From Mobula hypostoma (taxonomy: Eukaryota), in the NCBI RefSeq assembly GCF_963921235.1, contig NC_086097.1, positions 179,368,001 to 179,432,000 on the forward strand: a stretch of 64,000 nucleotides of DNA, given 5' to 3'. The notes beneath the pieces were generated by a model. That model searched no databases and had not been told where the DNA came from. It worked only from the letters and a program-made list of their open reading frames with translations. Both the position numbers and the translations under genes were made by a program. Within the stretch, counting starts at the first letter, position 1. The number at the start of each line of letters is the position of its first letter. Of the stretch, positions 1-12,587 are shown piece by piece.

Positions 1-1523
1 CATTCAACCTCAGTAAAAACTAAAGAACTGATTGTGGACTTTAGAAAGGGCAATGCACAGGACACAACAGTCCTCATAGAGGGATCAGAAGTGGAGAGAG
101 AGAGCAATCTCAAGTCTCTGGGTGTCAATATCTCTGAAGAGCTAACCTGGGCCCAACAGGCTGATGCAGCGTTGAAGAAGGCAAGACCATGAGACCATGA
201 GATATCGGAGCAGAATTATACCATTTGACCCACAGAGTCTGCTCTGCCACTTTAGCATTGCTGATCCATTTTCCTCTCAGCCCAATGTCCTGCCTTCCCC
301 CCGTTAACACTCCCTCATTCGGAGTTTGGTATGTTCACCAAAAACACTTGCAAATTTCTGTGGAGGCACAGGAGAGAGCCTTCTAGCTGGCTGCTTCACT
401 GTCTGCTATGGTGGGGGGTGGTGCGAGTTGGTGGGTAGTGGCCCACTGCACAGGATCTAAATAAGCTGCAGAGAATTGTAAAATTAGTCAGCTCCATCAT
501 GGGTACCAGCCTCCAAGCAGTGCCTCAGAAAGGTGGCGTCTATCACTAAGGACCCCCATCACCAAAGACATGCCCCCTTCTCAGAAAGGAGATATCGGGG
601 CCTGAAGGCACATAGTCTGATTCAGAAACACCTTCTTCACCTTTGCCATCTGGTGTCTGAATGGACGTTGAACCCACGAATGCTACTCCAGCACTTTTTT
701 ATTTCCTATTTTTTGTACTACTTATTTAATTCAACTATTTAGATTAGATTATGAGGACACTCAGTCCTTGTTTATTGTCATTTAGAAATGCATGCATTAA
801 AAAATGATGCAACGTTCCTCCAGAATGATATCACCAAGAAAACAGGACAAACCAAAACTAAAACTAACAAAACCACATAATTATAACATATAGTTACAAC
901 AGTGCAAAGCAATACCAGAATTTGATAAAGAGCAGACCATGGACACGGTAAAAAAAAAAGTCTCAAAGTCCCAATAGACACATCATCTTACGCAGGCGGC
1001 AGAAGGGAGGAACTCTCCCCGCCATGAACCTCCAAGCACCGGCAACTCGCCGATGCAGCACCATTGGAAGCACCCGACCGCAGCGGACTCTGAGTCCGTC
1101 CAAAAACTTCGATCTTCTGACCAGCCCCTCCGACATAGCCTCTCCGAGCACCATCCTTTGCCGAGCGCTTCGACCCTGCCCCGGCCGCTGAGCAACAAGC
1201 AAAGCTGAGGACTCGGGGCCTTCCCCTCCGGAGATTCTGGACCACACAGTAGCAGCAGCAGCAAAGTAGGCATTTCAGAAGTCTCACCAGATGTTCCTCC
1301 GTGCTCTCACGTCCGTCTCCATCAAATCAGGATTGTGCACGGCACCCTACTTGACAAATAGGGTGCAAGCTGAGTCATGCCACCATCTTCTCCTATGTAT
1401 TTAATATATATACTTAACTGTAGTTCACAATTTTCTTTTTTGTATATTATGTATTGCATTGTACTGCTGCCACTAATTAACAAATTTCACGACGTATGCC
1501 GGTGATATTAATCCTGATTCTGA
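1..1523 (+). mobile_element. Degenerate Rex1/Babar LINE 3' part, interrupted by nested insertions (~186-310 and 741-1393)
   Basis: Collinear with the RT C-terminus and 3'UTR of the copies at 17438-19026 and 21840-23475; ends in cctgattctgac tail. Confidence 0.75.
741..1393 (-). mobile_element. ORF-less non-autonomous retroelement (~650 bp) nested in the Rex1 3'UTR
   Basis: Interrupts the Rex1 AT-rich UTR with tattta on both sides; minus strand starts gagaagatggtggc and ends caataaac...(taatc)n; CpG-rich body. Confidence 0.6.
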
Positions 1524-1529
1524 CTTCTA

Positions 1530-1865
1530 GTATAAATGAAGTCCATGATACCACCAGGCACCTGAAAAGCAACAAAGCCACTGATCCTGAAGGGGTCCCA
1601 GCAGAGCATCTCAAGGAAGGTGGACCAGCACTCCTGCACCACGTTCATCCCTTGCTCCTGAATGCCTGAGGAAAGGAGCAACTGCCTTCAGAGCTCAGGG
1701 GTTTTCTAATAATGGCCATACTCAAGAAAGGAGACAAATCAGATTGTGGTAATTACAGAGGCATCTCCCTCCTGTCAACAACAGGCAAAGTGCTTACACG
1801 TATGCTTGTCAATCAACTCCTTCCGCTGTCTGAAGTACTCCCCAAATGAGTGTGCATTCCATCAA
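1530..1865 (+). mobile_element. RTE/BovB-clade LINE reverse transcriptase fragment
   Basis: Translates to LKSNKATDPEGVPAEHLKEGG...KKGDKSDCGNYRGISLLSTTGKVL with one in-frame stop; typical RTE RT N-terminal motifs. Confidence 0.75.
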
Positions 1866-1987
1866 CACACTGTGCCAACTCCTAAACCTGTGCCCTGACT
1901 GATGAAGGCCAGTGTGTTGAACACCTTTACCATCCTCAAAATTCAAAGTTGAAAAGTTCAAAGTAAATTCATCATCAAAGTACGTAT

Positions 1988-2295
1988 GATAGGCATCCGT
2001 TAGTCTCGTGAGACAATGGATTTGCGCCTTGGAAGGTTTCCAGGGCGCAGGCCTGGGCAAGGTTGTCTGGAAGACTGGCAGTTGCCCATGTTGCAAGTCT
2101 TCTCTCTCCGCACCACCGATGTTGTCCAAGGGAAGGGCATTAGGACCCATACAGCTTGGCACCGGTGTTGTCGCAGTGCAGTGTGTGGTTAAGTGCCTTG
2201 CTGGAGGACATAACACACTGCCTCAGCCAAGGCTTGAACTAGCGACCTTCAGATTACTAGACGAACACCTTAACCACTTGGCCACGTGCCAACAC
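1988..2295 (-). mobile_element. tRNA-derived SINE, near full length
   Basis: Minus strand starts gtgttggcacgtggccaagtggttaagg (A box) with gttcaagcc (B box); inserted inside a (ttcaaag)n-tailed LINE 3' end that resumes at ~2296. Confidence 0.7.
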
Positions 2296-3229
2296 ATGTC
2301 ACCATATACAAACCTAAGGTTAATTTTCTTGTGGACATACTCAATAAGTATATAATAGAATAATAACAACAAGAGAATTAATGAAAGTGCTCCAACTGGG
2401 CATCCTTTTTAACAGTCTCTTAAACGTCACTATTTTATCTGCATCCACCAGCACACTTGGCATTCTATTCCTGGCACTCACCACCCTATGTAAAAAAACA
2501 CATGCCCTGTGCCTATCCTTTAAACTTTCACCTTCTCACGTCTTCTTGTAATTAACATTTAACTTTCAAGTTTCCACTATTTGCATTTATTTTTGATTTT
2601 TGAGACTGGAAGGAATAATGATCAATAGTAGCTAAATAGCATTTTGAGGTTATGAAAGAAAGCTGTTTGTATTCATGACTATTATAAAAATAGCATGCTA
2701 CTGAATGAGGCGTGTTTTTCAAGGAGACAAGCATGTTAAACTAATTATCATACTTTACCAGCTTTAAACTTGTTAACCTGGCTCTGTGTGTGTTCAAGTT
2801 TGTTCCCTACAGCAGGAAAACATATTTTGAATTTACTTTTGTGTATTATTATTCCACCGTACTTGTAGATTCTTCAATGAGCATTCAAGCTTTTGATCTG
2901 GTGTAAATTGAATTTTTGATTTGGTGTTGGAATCGATGTTTTATTTAATCAGCAATCAAATGCCTTAGCCGATTAATGACGTGGTCAGCAGCCATTCTGC
3001 ACCTGTCTATGCAGCGAGCAGAGGGGAAATCCAGGCTGTGGAAAGGGAATCAAGGCTTATGGGAATTGGGCAGGAAGCTGGACTCTGGTCAGAGATCCTG
3101 CATGATCCTCTGGAGGAGTGGCACAGGCTTGGCAGACTGCTGGCTGCCTCCCGCCATCTCTGTCCTTGGTATTCTGAGTTTGCTTCTGTTATTTGGAGTT
3201 GCTGGATCTGATGAACGTGCAGCTGTTCA

Positions 3230-3810
3230 ACACCGAAACAGGACTTTTGGCCCAACTCATCCATGTTGACCAAGGAGCCTTCCTGAGCTGGTCTCATTTT
3301 CCTGAATCCCACTAAAACCTTCCTATCCATAGTGCCTTTTAATCGGTGTTATTGTACCTGCCTTGACCCTTTACTCTGGCCGCCAAACTCACCACTCTGT
3401 TGTCATCAGAGTTGCAGGTTCCTTTAAATCTTTCCACTCTCACGTTAAAAATGTGCCCTCTAGTTTTAGACTCCCTGATTGTCCCTTTATTTATGCCCCT
3501 CATGATTTTATAAACCTCTGTAAGGTCACCCCTCATCCACCGTCACTCTAGAGGAAACAGTCCCAGCCTATCCAGACTCTCCTCAGCCCTCCAGTCCCAA
3601 CAACATCCTTGTAAATCTTTTCTATATCCTTTCCAGCTTAATGATATCTTTCATATGGTTGGGTGCTCAAATCTGCTCATAGCACTCCCAAGTGATGTCT
3701 CACCAACGTCTTGTCCAGCTGTAACATGTTATCCCAACTTTAGTTCACAGTGCCCTGACCAATGAAGGACGATGTGTCAAACACCTTTATCCTGTTTACA
3801 CGTGTCACCA
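3230..3810 (-). mobile_element. CR1 LINE 3' fragment
   Basis: Minus ORF 3339-3536 MRGDLTEVYKIMRGI...SKTRGH is the CR1 ORF2 C-terminal motif. Confidence 0.75.
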
Positions 3811-3814
3811 CTTA

Positions 3815-4432
3815 GTAACAGCGAAGGTTGTCCAGTTATGCTGTGACCCATGTGAGGTGAAGTGAGGGCCTCTGTCGGTCAGAGTTGATTATGGATATTG
3901 TGTTCGAGCTGTCTCGATACGCAAGCCTGGCCAGGACGATATGGAGAGCAAACTGTTGCCCATGTAGCAAGCTCCCCCTCTCCACGCATCTGATAAACCC
4001 AAAGGAATGGCAGAGACCAATACGGTTTGGTACCAGCAACAACACGGGTTGCCAGTCAGAATTGAACTCAATGTAGGACTGCCTTTAGACCCCAGCTCCA
4101 GATTTTTCCCTTGGGGTTTACTCCAGAAGCCTTCCCCATGAGTGGGTATAGACGCAAGGCAGTGAAGGTTTGAGACCAGAGCTTTCCTTCTAGAGGAGCT
4201 GCCAACCATGGCTGGCAAGCCCCAACTGCCCGAAGCGACTGGGGTTAAGGCGCCAGTAACCCGCCTTTGCACCTTCTCCTGTCAATAGATATGGTTCTGT
4301 TGGGCTTAGTAGCTAAGCCACACATGAAGGTCAGGAACTGGACTTGGTTGTCAGAGGCTATTTGAGGTGGACACCATAGGGAGCATTTAATAGGTAGTGG
4401 AAGCTTGTCCCCATTACCACAACCATAAGGAA
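3815..4432. mobile_element. Non-coding interspersed repeat, probably an RTE-related non-autonomous element
   Basis: Interrupts a CR1 fragment and shares a ~70 bp module (gcctgg...gttgcccatg..gcaag..ctctcc) with the SINE at 2050-2120; family is from recall only. Confidence 0.4.
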
Positions 4433-4499
4433 CCTGTGACCCATACAATGTAAGAAGTAGGAGGAGGCCAAGTACAAGGTTAATTACAGGATTCTTAGC

Positions 4500-5115
4500 T
4501 GTGTGGAGGAACAGCAGCATTTTGGGGTCCACGTCCACAGATCTATTGAAGTTGATAGAGTGTTTAAGGAGGTTCATTAGTCAGACTGAGTTCAAGAGCC
4601 ATGAGGTAATGTTGCAGTTCTATAAAACCTTGGTTAGACTACACTTGGAATATTGTGTTCCGTTCTGGTTGTCTCATCATAGGAAGGATTTGGAAACTTT
4701 AGAGAGGGTGCAAAGGAGATTTACCAGGATGCTGTCTGGACTAGAGAGAATGTCATGAGGAAGGGTCGAGCAAGCTCTTGCTTTGCTCTTTGGTGTGAGG
4801 TGACTTGATAGAGGTATATCAGATTGTAAGAAGCACAGAGGGCAGAGCCAGCACATTTTATCCCCGGGTGCTATACGAAGGGGCATGATTTTAAGGTGAT
4901 TGTAGGAAATTATAAGGGGGATGTCAGAGGCATGTTTTTTTTTACAGAATGAGTGATGGATGCGCGGAATGCGCTGCCAGCAACAGTGGTAGAGACAGAT
5001 ATGTTAGGGACACTTAACAGACACTTGGATAGGCACGTGGATGAAAGAAAAATTGAGGGCTATGTGAGAGGAAAAAGTTACCTTTGAGTACTTTAAAAGG
5101 TTGGCAAAACATCGA
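4500..5115 (+). mobile_element. CR1 LINE 3' fragment
   Basis: ORF 4501-4758 contains FYKTLVRLHLEYCVPFWLSHHRKDLETLERVQRRFTRM. Confidence 0.85.
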
Positions 5116-5924
5116 ACCTAGTGACATGCGACTTAAGGATTGTGTACTCCTGCCCGATAGTAGCTGCAGGAAGATGGCTCGCCCAGATGGTGGGGATCTG
5201 TGATGATGGATTTTGCCTTCTTGATGCAGTGCCTCCTGTAGACATTACTGATGGTGGGGAGAGAGATGTCTGAGGAGTATTGGGCAGAGTTCACTGTTCA
5301 CTGATATTATGGCTGATCTTTTATCTCAGCAACACTTCCCTGTACAGTGCCCCCTGTATAAGCACCTCCAGTGATTCTTAGCATTTCTATCCATATCTCT
5401 GAAATTTCGATAAAACTGAATTAGTTTTCAGGTCTCTCTTTACCGTCATTTATTTATGACCCAAGTTTAAATCTTTGAGGATTGAATGGTGCAAGGGAAA
5501 AGAAACTGCCCAAGAGTGACACTGCTGCTGTCTTTTCCAGGTGAGACACTTGTGCAGAGTTTTGAAGATTTCTGCAAGGGTCTGATTAGCTGTCACTCCT
5601 TAGGTTCTCAACAGTTCTGGAAAGCAAACAGTCGTCACTTCATGTGATTTATAAGCATTACTGCCCATAATGGAATGGTGGAGCAGACTTAAAGGGCTGA
5701 GTGGCCCAATTCTGCACTGTCTTATGGTTTTGCAGTTTGGAGCAAAGCAAGCTGAAGTGTGACCTGATCAAGGTATGTGATAGGCATAGTGATCAAAGTA
5801 GTCATGGTGTTGTTATAACTGAACTAGTGCTTAGGGTTGCGTCACTTGGTTCAAGAACTGAATGGTTGATGAGAAGTAGATGTTCTTGAACCTGATGGCG
5901 AGGGGACTTCAGGCTTCTGTACCT

Positions 5925-6925
5925 AAACACAAGAGATCCTGTTGATTCTGGAAATCCGGAGCAATAGACACAAAATAATGGAGGACCTCAGCGGATCAGG
6001 CAGTATCCATGGAAGTGAATAAACAGTTGACATTTTGGGCTGAGACCCTTCATTGGTACTGAAAAGGAAGGGGGAAGATCCCAGAATAACAAGGTGGAAG
6101 GAGTCACAAGGTGATAGATAAGCCAGGTGGGTAGGGGGAGATGATGTAAGAAGCTGGGAGGTGAAAAGTGGAGGGCCAGAGAAGAAGGAATCGGATAGCA
6201 GAGGACAGTAGACTATGGGAGAAAGGAAAGGAAGAGGAACACCAGGGGAGGTAATGGGCAGGTGAGGGGAAGAGGTAAGAGTGGAGGATTAATGAAGAGG
6301 AAAGCAGGAGGAGGAAAAAACTTACTTGAAGGTGGAGAAATTGATGTTCATGCCATCAGGTTGGAGGCTACCCAGGTGGAATATAAGGTGTTGTTTGTCC
6401 AACTTGAGAGTGGCCTTGTCGTGGCAGAAAAGGAAGCCACGTCAGAATGGGGATTGAAATTAAAATGTTTGGCCACTGGGAAATCCTGCTTTTTGATGGA
6501 TGGAGGTGCTTGACAAAGCTTCCCTCCGATCTATGTTGGCTCTCACCAATATAGAAGAGGCTTCGTTTGGAGCACTGGATACAGTAGAGGACCCTAGCGT
6601 GTTTGCAGCTGAAACGTTGCCGCTCTTAGAGGGACTGTTTAAGATGCTGAATGGAGGTGAGGGTGGAAGTGAATGGTCAGCTGTAGCACTTCTTCCGCTT
6701 TAGGGATAAGTACCAGAGGGAGAGTAGTGGGGAGGGGTGAACGGACAAAGGAACCATGGAAGGGTGTAATCGCGGCAGAACTCCCTGAGGGAGAGAGAAA
6801 CAAATATTTGTTGGTGGGGTCCTGCAGATGCAGATGCTCATGGGGTGGTTGGTGAAGACAATAGAAACTCTATCCCTGTTAAGGTGGCAGGAAGATAGTG
6901 TGAGCGCAGATGTCCAGGAAATGGG
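5925..6925 (-). mobile_element. Old Penelope-like element 3' part (pLTR and GIY-YIG remnant)
   Basis: Collinear with the young copy at 53778-54840 (ttcatgccatcaggttggaggctaccc; degenerate hammerhead at ~6024-6062). Confidence 0.75.
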
Positions 6926-8149
6926 AGAGATCCAGGGAGTGAGCGTCACTGATATCCTGTCCTGGTCTAACCACATAGATGCCATGGCCAAGAAAGTTCA
7001 CCAGTTCCTCTACTTCTGCAGGAGGCTAAAGAAATTTGGATGTCCTACTTGAACTTAAAGCTCTCAACCTCAGAACAGTGCTCAGTAGATGGGAGTATGT
7101 GTACCCCTCCCCCTTCTCCTCCTGAACTCAATGACAATTTCATCTGTTTTGTTGACATTGAGGGAAAGTTTGTCATGACACCACATCACGTACCGTTATT
7201 TGAGATATGGCCTTCTACCGTGGTATCATCTGTGGAGTTCAGGCAGAATCTGTGCATTGATGACATGGCTGATGCTGATTAAAGCGGTGCTTAGCCGATG
7301 TTCTGTTTACCCATTAGAGCCTGCTTTGCTAAGTGTAACACATGATGTTTTTACAAGCACAAAAGTCACATTAGTTTATTTGCCATGTGAAAGGAAATGG
7401 GGACAGCTGCCGTGGTATCTTTTCAAATAGTTGTCAGAATTTATTTTCAAAAGGAGACCTTGGAGCTTTTTTTGTAATTAGTTGTTGTGCACTGACAATT
7501 CTGTTTATGTGCTATTGTTATTTTTTGGTGGGAGGTGAGGTATTTCTAATTACATTTTGTTTTGTTACTCACACCCATTACCTAATTGATGTGGGAGCAC
7601 CTTGAGTGCACCTGGTTGGATTTTCCACTTGTGCCTTAAGGCGCCTGTGTAAAGCACATCATAAGAATAAAAGCTGGGCAGTTGAGCGTCGCTGAGGCAT
7701 CGACCATCCTTTCGTAGATGGAGATTAGGTAAAATTCAGCTGGCAAACACCTTACGTAGGTTAATGCAGGATTATTCGATGGCAGCATTCTAGTGTATCA
7801 GAATGAGATGTAAAACTTTCTGAAGACTTGCAGGCATTCAGGCATGGTTCTTGCTGAAGACCGGTGTTCACAGTTGACAAATTGGTGTAACTAGCTTGCT
7901 TTCTGGGATACAAAACAACATCCTGTGAAAATCTCCAGAAGACACACAATCAAGACCAATGGAGGAAGTCTTAAAAGGAAGTATTAAGCTGGTTATGACA
8001 TGTGTGGCACTCTGCAAAGTGGAGAAGGTGTAGATATTTGAGTTAATGTTATCTAAAGTAATTTAAGATTTACAAATTAGAAGTTGAAATGCAGTATCAT
8101 ACTATCAGAATTAGTACACACTGCTGTTCATCACATTGATCTTCATTAA

Positions 8150-9045
8150 GGATAGGAGTTGTGACGTCATGTTACTGTTGTGCAAGTTGTTGGTGAGGCC
8201 GAGTTTGGAGTACTGTGGACAGACTTGTTCACCCTGTTATTGGAAATACATTGTTAACACTGGAAAGAGTGCAGAGGAGAGTTAAGGATGTTGCCAGGAC
8301 TAGGTGGCCTGACTAAAAGGGAGCGGTTGTCCAGCTAGGCCTTTATTCCTTGCAACGTAGTAGAATGAGGAGCAATCTTATGGATACAAGAGATTCTGCT
8401 GATCTAAAAAGCTTGAGCAACACACAGAGTGCTGGAGGAACTCAGCAGGTAAGGCAGCATCTATGGCGAGGAATAAACAGTTGATGTTTTGGGCCGAGAT
8501 CCTTCATTGGGACTGGAAAGGAAGAGGGCAGAAGCCAGAATAAGGAAGTGGGGGAGGGGAAGGAGTGCAAACCAGCAGGTGATAGGTGAGACTAGGTGAT
8601 GGAGGAGACGGGTGGGTAAGGGAGGGGGGATAAAGTGAGAAGCTGGGAGGGAGGCTGGCAGAAGAGTTCCCAGGAAGAACACATTACTGTGGTAGAAATG
8701 TTTAAAATTATGAGAGGCATAGATAAGGTGACTGGGGTGGGAGGTGGTGCAGTCTATTACCCAGGGTAGGAGAGTCCAAAACTCGGGGGCAGAAATTTAG
8801 CGTGACAAGGGAGATGTTTAAAAGGAACCTGAGGAGCAGCTTTTTCACCCAGACGGTGTGAGTATATTGAACGAACTGTTAGAGAAAGTGGTTGAGGCGC
8901 GAGTAATATTATTATTTGCGAAGTACATTGAGGGGCAGTGCTTAGAGGAATAGGGGCTGAACACATGAAATTAGGACTAGTTGGGTGGGCAGCGCTGTCG
9001 GCAAGCGCTGGTTGGGCTGAAGGGTCTGAACTGTATTGCTCTGCT
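8150..9045 (+). mobile_element. CR1 fragment split by a minus-strand Penelope pLTR (~8385-8670)
   Basis: CR1 motifs (ggtgaggccgagtttggagtactg; gtttaaaattatgagaggcatagataagg) lie on both sides of a pLTR-like block. Confidence 0.65.
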
Positions 9046-9354
9046 GTAAGAACTGTAGAAACACCTCTGATGTTTGTACTGTATAAACTATTGCGATGTT
9101 GAGTGCAGAGATGTATGTAAGGTCATAGACCATTTAAACTCAGTTGGTAGGTGTTGCATCTTTCCATAGCTCTCTTCCCGCTCCCTTGCTCTGCTGAGTG
9201 CCTTCGTTGCGATTTCCCTGTTGGCAATCCTGTACCACGGTGACCGAGAGGTGCTAAAGTAACTCATCCCACACCCACTGTAGTTGCCTTCACATGGAAG
9301 AGGAGTCTCTTTCCTTTCCCTTCCTTGTCACACTCTCTCTCTCTCTCTCTCTCT

Positions 9355-9810
9355 CAGGGCAAGATAGAGTGGACAGCCAGCGCCTCTTACCTAGGACGGA
9401 AATGGCTAGCATGAGGAGGCCTAATTTTAGGATGACTAGAGGAAAGACTAGGGATGTCAGAGGTATTTTGTTTTACACAGTGATAGGTGTGTGGAGCACA
9501 CTGCCAGGAGATGTGGTGGAGGTTGATACATTAGAGACTCTTAGATAAGCAGATGGCTGAAAGAAAAATGGAGGGCGACGTGGACAGGATTGGTTCAATT
9601 AACCTTGGGAGTAGGTTAACAGCTCGGCACAACATTGTGGGTTGAAGGTTCTGTTCAGTGTCCTTTGGGGGCTTGGGTTGCACAGATGTTAGAGCTGCTG
9701 CCTCCCAGCGCCAGAGACCTGGGTTCGATCCTGATCTCAGGCGCTGTCTGTGTGGAGTTTTCATGTTCTCCTTGTGAGCATATGGGCCTTCTGCCGTATC
9801 CCACAGAATC
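9355..9810 (+). mobile_element. CR1 3' end followed by tRNA/V-SINE-like fragment (~9665-9810)
   Basis: B box gggttcgatcc and V-domain-like gctgtctgtgtggagttttcatgttctcc. Confidence 0.6.
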
Positions 9811-10084
9811 AAGGGAAAGTAGGTGGGTCTGTGAGAGAGGCTAAGCTGCAGAAGCAGGAAAGTGGGATGTCAGTGTGTCCTTCCAGCAGACAGCATGAAC
9901 CATGAACGCAATGGACCACACGCGCTCCACCACGCTTGGTTGCTGTCCATGTGTTCCAAGTTCTTAAAGTCCTGATGTGGTGGGTATTCACAGCCTGGTA
10001 CTGACTGGAGAATTCCATGTCTCTCAATATAGGCCAACTTGCTTACATCCTGGTTTGGGGAGTTCTGAGTGACTGATGAGGCCG

Positions 10085-10710
10085 ATAAAACAGTACAGCA
10101 CAGCAGCAGACCCCTTGACCCACCAGTGTCGGTGCCAAGTTCAACTGAAGCTCGTCTCCTTGTGCATGGATTATATCCCTTCGTTCCCAGCATATTCATG
10201 TGTCTATTTAAAACAACACTGTCATATCCACCACCACCACCACCCCAGCACCCCACTCCAGGCAACCATTACCCACTGTTTCAAAAAAAAATCTTGCCCT
10301 TTAATCACCTTTAACCTTTAAAGATCCTCTCTCTCATTTAAAATGCATTCCTCTGTTGGGTGACATTTCCATACTGAGCCATATCTTTGCTTCTCATAAT
10401 TTTATAAACTCTGTCAGGTCTCCCCTCAGCATCGAGTGTTTCAGAGAAAGCAACACAAGTTTATCTGACCGATCCTTATAGCTGGTGCTCTCTAACCCGA
10501 GTGAAACTCATCTGCGTTTTCTCCGTAGCTTTCACTCTTCCTGCCATGTGGCATCCAGAGCTGAATGCAGTACTCCAGGTACAGTCAAACCAGAGTCTTA
10601 GAAAGCTGCAACTTTACTCCCTGACTCTTTGAATTCAGTGCGTCGACTCATAAAGGCAAGCGTGCCATAAACCGCCTTTAACACCCCATCAATCTGTGCA
10701 GCAACTTTCA
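10085..10710 (-). mobile_element. CR1 LINE 3' fragment
   Basis: Reverse complement of CR1 motifs (ctcataattttataaactctgtcaggtctcccctcagc). Confidence 0.65.
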
Positions 10711-11611
10711 GGGAGCTACTGTCGCCCATGTGAAGAGTTAGGGAATGGTCTGGGTAAGAGGGGGCCCAAGGCTATCACTTGTACAATACCATTACACTTT
10801 CTATGTACACAATGTATGCAGCTGTTCACTTGGGTGGGGCCACACCGTTCTCTTATCACCAACAGCATGTACAAAACTGCTTTTTATCTGTCCTGACTGC
10901 TGTGAAATTGGAACTCGCACTCCTGAACTTGACTTGTGATGTCCCGGAGTTCCTCGCTGTCGTAATTTGGTGGTAGTTTGATTCCCACTGACCCTCACCA
11001 GTTTTTATCAATGCACCGTACCCAGATGCATCACGGCTAGGTACGGCAGGTGCTCTGCGCTTTACCGCAAGAAACAGCTTAGCACGTCACAGAAACTGGC
11101 CTCCCCTCTATCTACGCTTCTCACCACCGCGGTGAATTAACCAGTAAAATCAAAGACCCCACCCATCCCGGTCATTTTCTCTTCTCCCCCTCCCATCAGG
11201 AAGAAGGTAGAAAAGCCCAAAAGCTCATAATACCGCCAAGCTCAAGGACAGCTTCTATTCCACTGCTGTAAGACTATTGAATAATCCAAGACACAATAAG
11301 ATTGACTCTTCACCTCCCAGTCTCACTGTCATGACCCTTGTACCTTACTGTCAGGCTGCACTGCACATTCTCTGTAACTGTGTTCTGCGTTCTGTCATTG
11401 TGTTCCCCTGCACTACCTCGATGCACTGCCATGGTGAAATGATCTGTGTGGATGGCATGCAAAACGAAGTTTTTCACTGTCCCTCAGGACAGTGACAACA
11501 ATAAACCAATCACCACTGCTCTAGCCTGTCCCAGAAACCATATGCCCAAGTTCTTCTTTCTTGAATCAGTTCTATTTCAAAATAGCAGTGTTGAGCGTCT
11601 TATTTAAGAAA

Positions 11612-12375
11612 AGAAACATAGAAAACCTTCAGCACAATACAGGCCCTTCAGCCCACAATGCTGTGCCGAACATGAACTTACTTTAGAAATCACCTAAGGT
11701 TACTCGTAGCCCTCTACTTCTCTAAGCTCCATGTACCTATGCAAGGGTCCTTAAAAGACCCTATCGAATCTGCCTCCACCACCGTTGCTGGCAGCCTATT
11801 CCACGCACTCCCCACTCTCTGTGTAAAAAAAAAACACCTACCCCTGACAACTCCTCTGTACAAAGGATGTGCTGATATTGGGGAGGGTTTGGTGGAGGTT
11901 CATGAGAATGATTCTGGGATGAAAGGATTGTCATATGAGCAATGATTAGGGTTCTGGGCTTGGGCTTGTACTTGCTGGAGTTTAGAAGAATGAAAGGGGA
12001 TCTCATTGAAATTATATTGTAAGGCCTACATAGAGAGTGGATGTGAAAAGGATGTTTCCTATAGTGGGGGAGTGTAGGACCAGAAAGCATAGCCTCAAAA
12101 TAGAGGTACATCCATTTAGAACAGAAATGAGGAATTTCTTCAGCTAGAGGGTGGTGAATCTGTGGAATTCATTGCCACAGTGGCTATGGAGACCAGGACA
12201 CTTGGGTGCATTTAAGGCGGAGGTTGATAGTTTGTTGATTAGTCAGTACGTGAAAAGTTATGGGGAGAAGGTAGGAGAAAGGGGTCAAGAGGGAAATAGA
12301 CCAGCCATGATGAAGTGGCAGAGCAGAAACAATGGGCCAAATGACCTAATTCTGCTCTTGTGTCTTATGGTCTTA
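11612..12375. mobile_element. Two abutting CR1 3' fragments in opposite orientation (minus 11612-11860, plus 11861-12375)
   Basis: Left part matches the minus CR1 at ~48735-48980; right part has VNLWNSLP and ends cttatggtctt. Confidence 0.65.
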
Positions 12376-12587
12376 AAACTACCTCTCGTCAAACTGTTAG
12401 CCTCTCACTTAGATCGTCTAACCCTTGACTGATCATGTTTAGCTTTTTAAAAAAACTCTGGTAGTGGGATTCCAGCAATGCATTTTATTGGTCCTTTATG
12501 AGTGTCCTTTGGAAGGCTGTCTGTCAAACCACTGCCCTACGGAGTGAATCAACTTCCCGGATAGATTTGGTAATGAAAGCTGATTTT

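Noticed and set aside
2225..2295. tRNA genes here and at ~9670, ~26020 and ~26860
   Set aside because: The A/B boxes continue into SINE bodies and I could not form a full cloverleaf.
2960..3220. Exon in overlapping ORFs 2976-3269 and 2981-3211
   Set aside because: No recognisable homology and no convincing splice-site pair; it could be regulatory, but the sequence alone does not support that.
11612..12375. Twin-priming inversion of a single CR1
   Set aside because: Both halves include 3' ends and look like different subfamilies, so they are two insertions.
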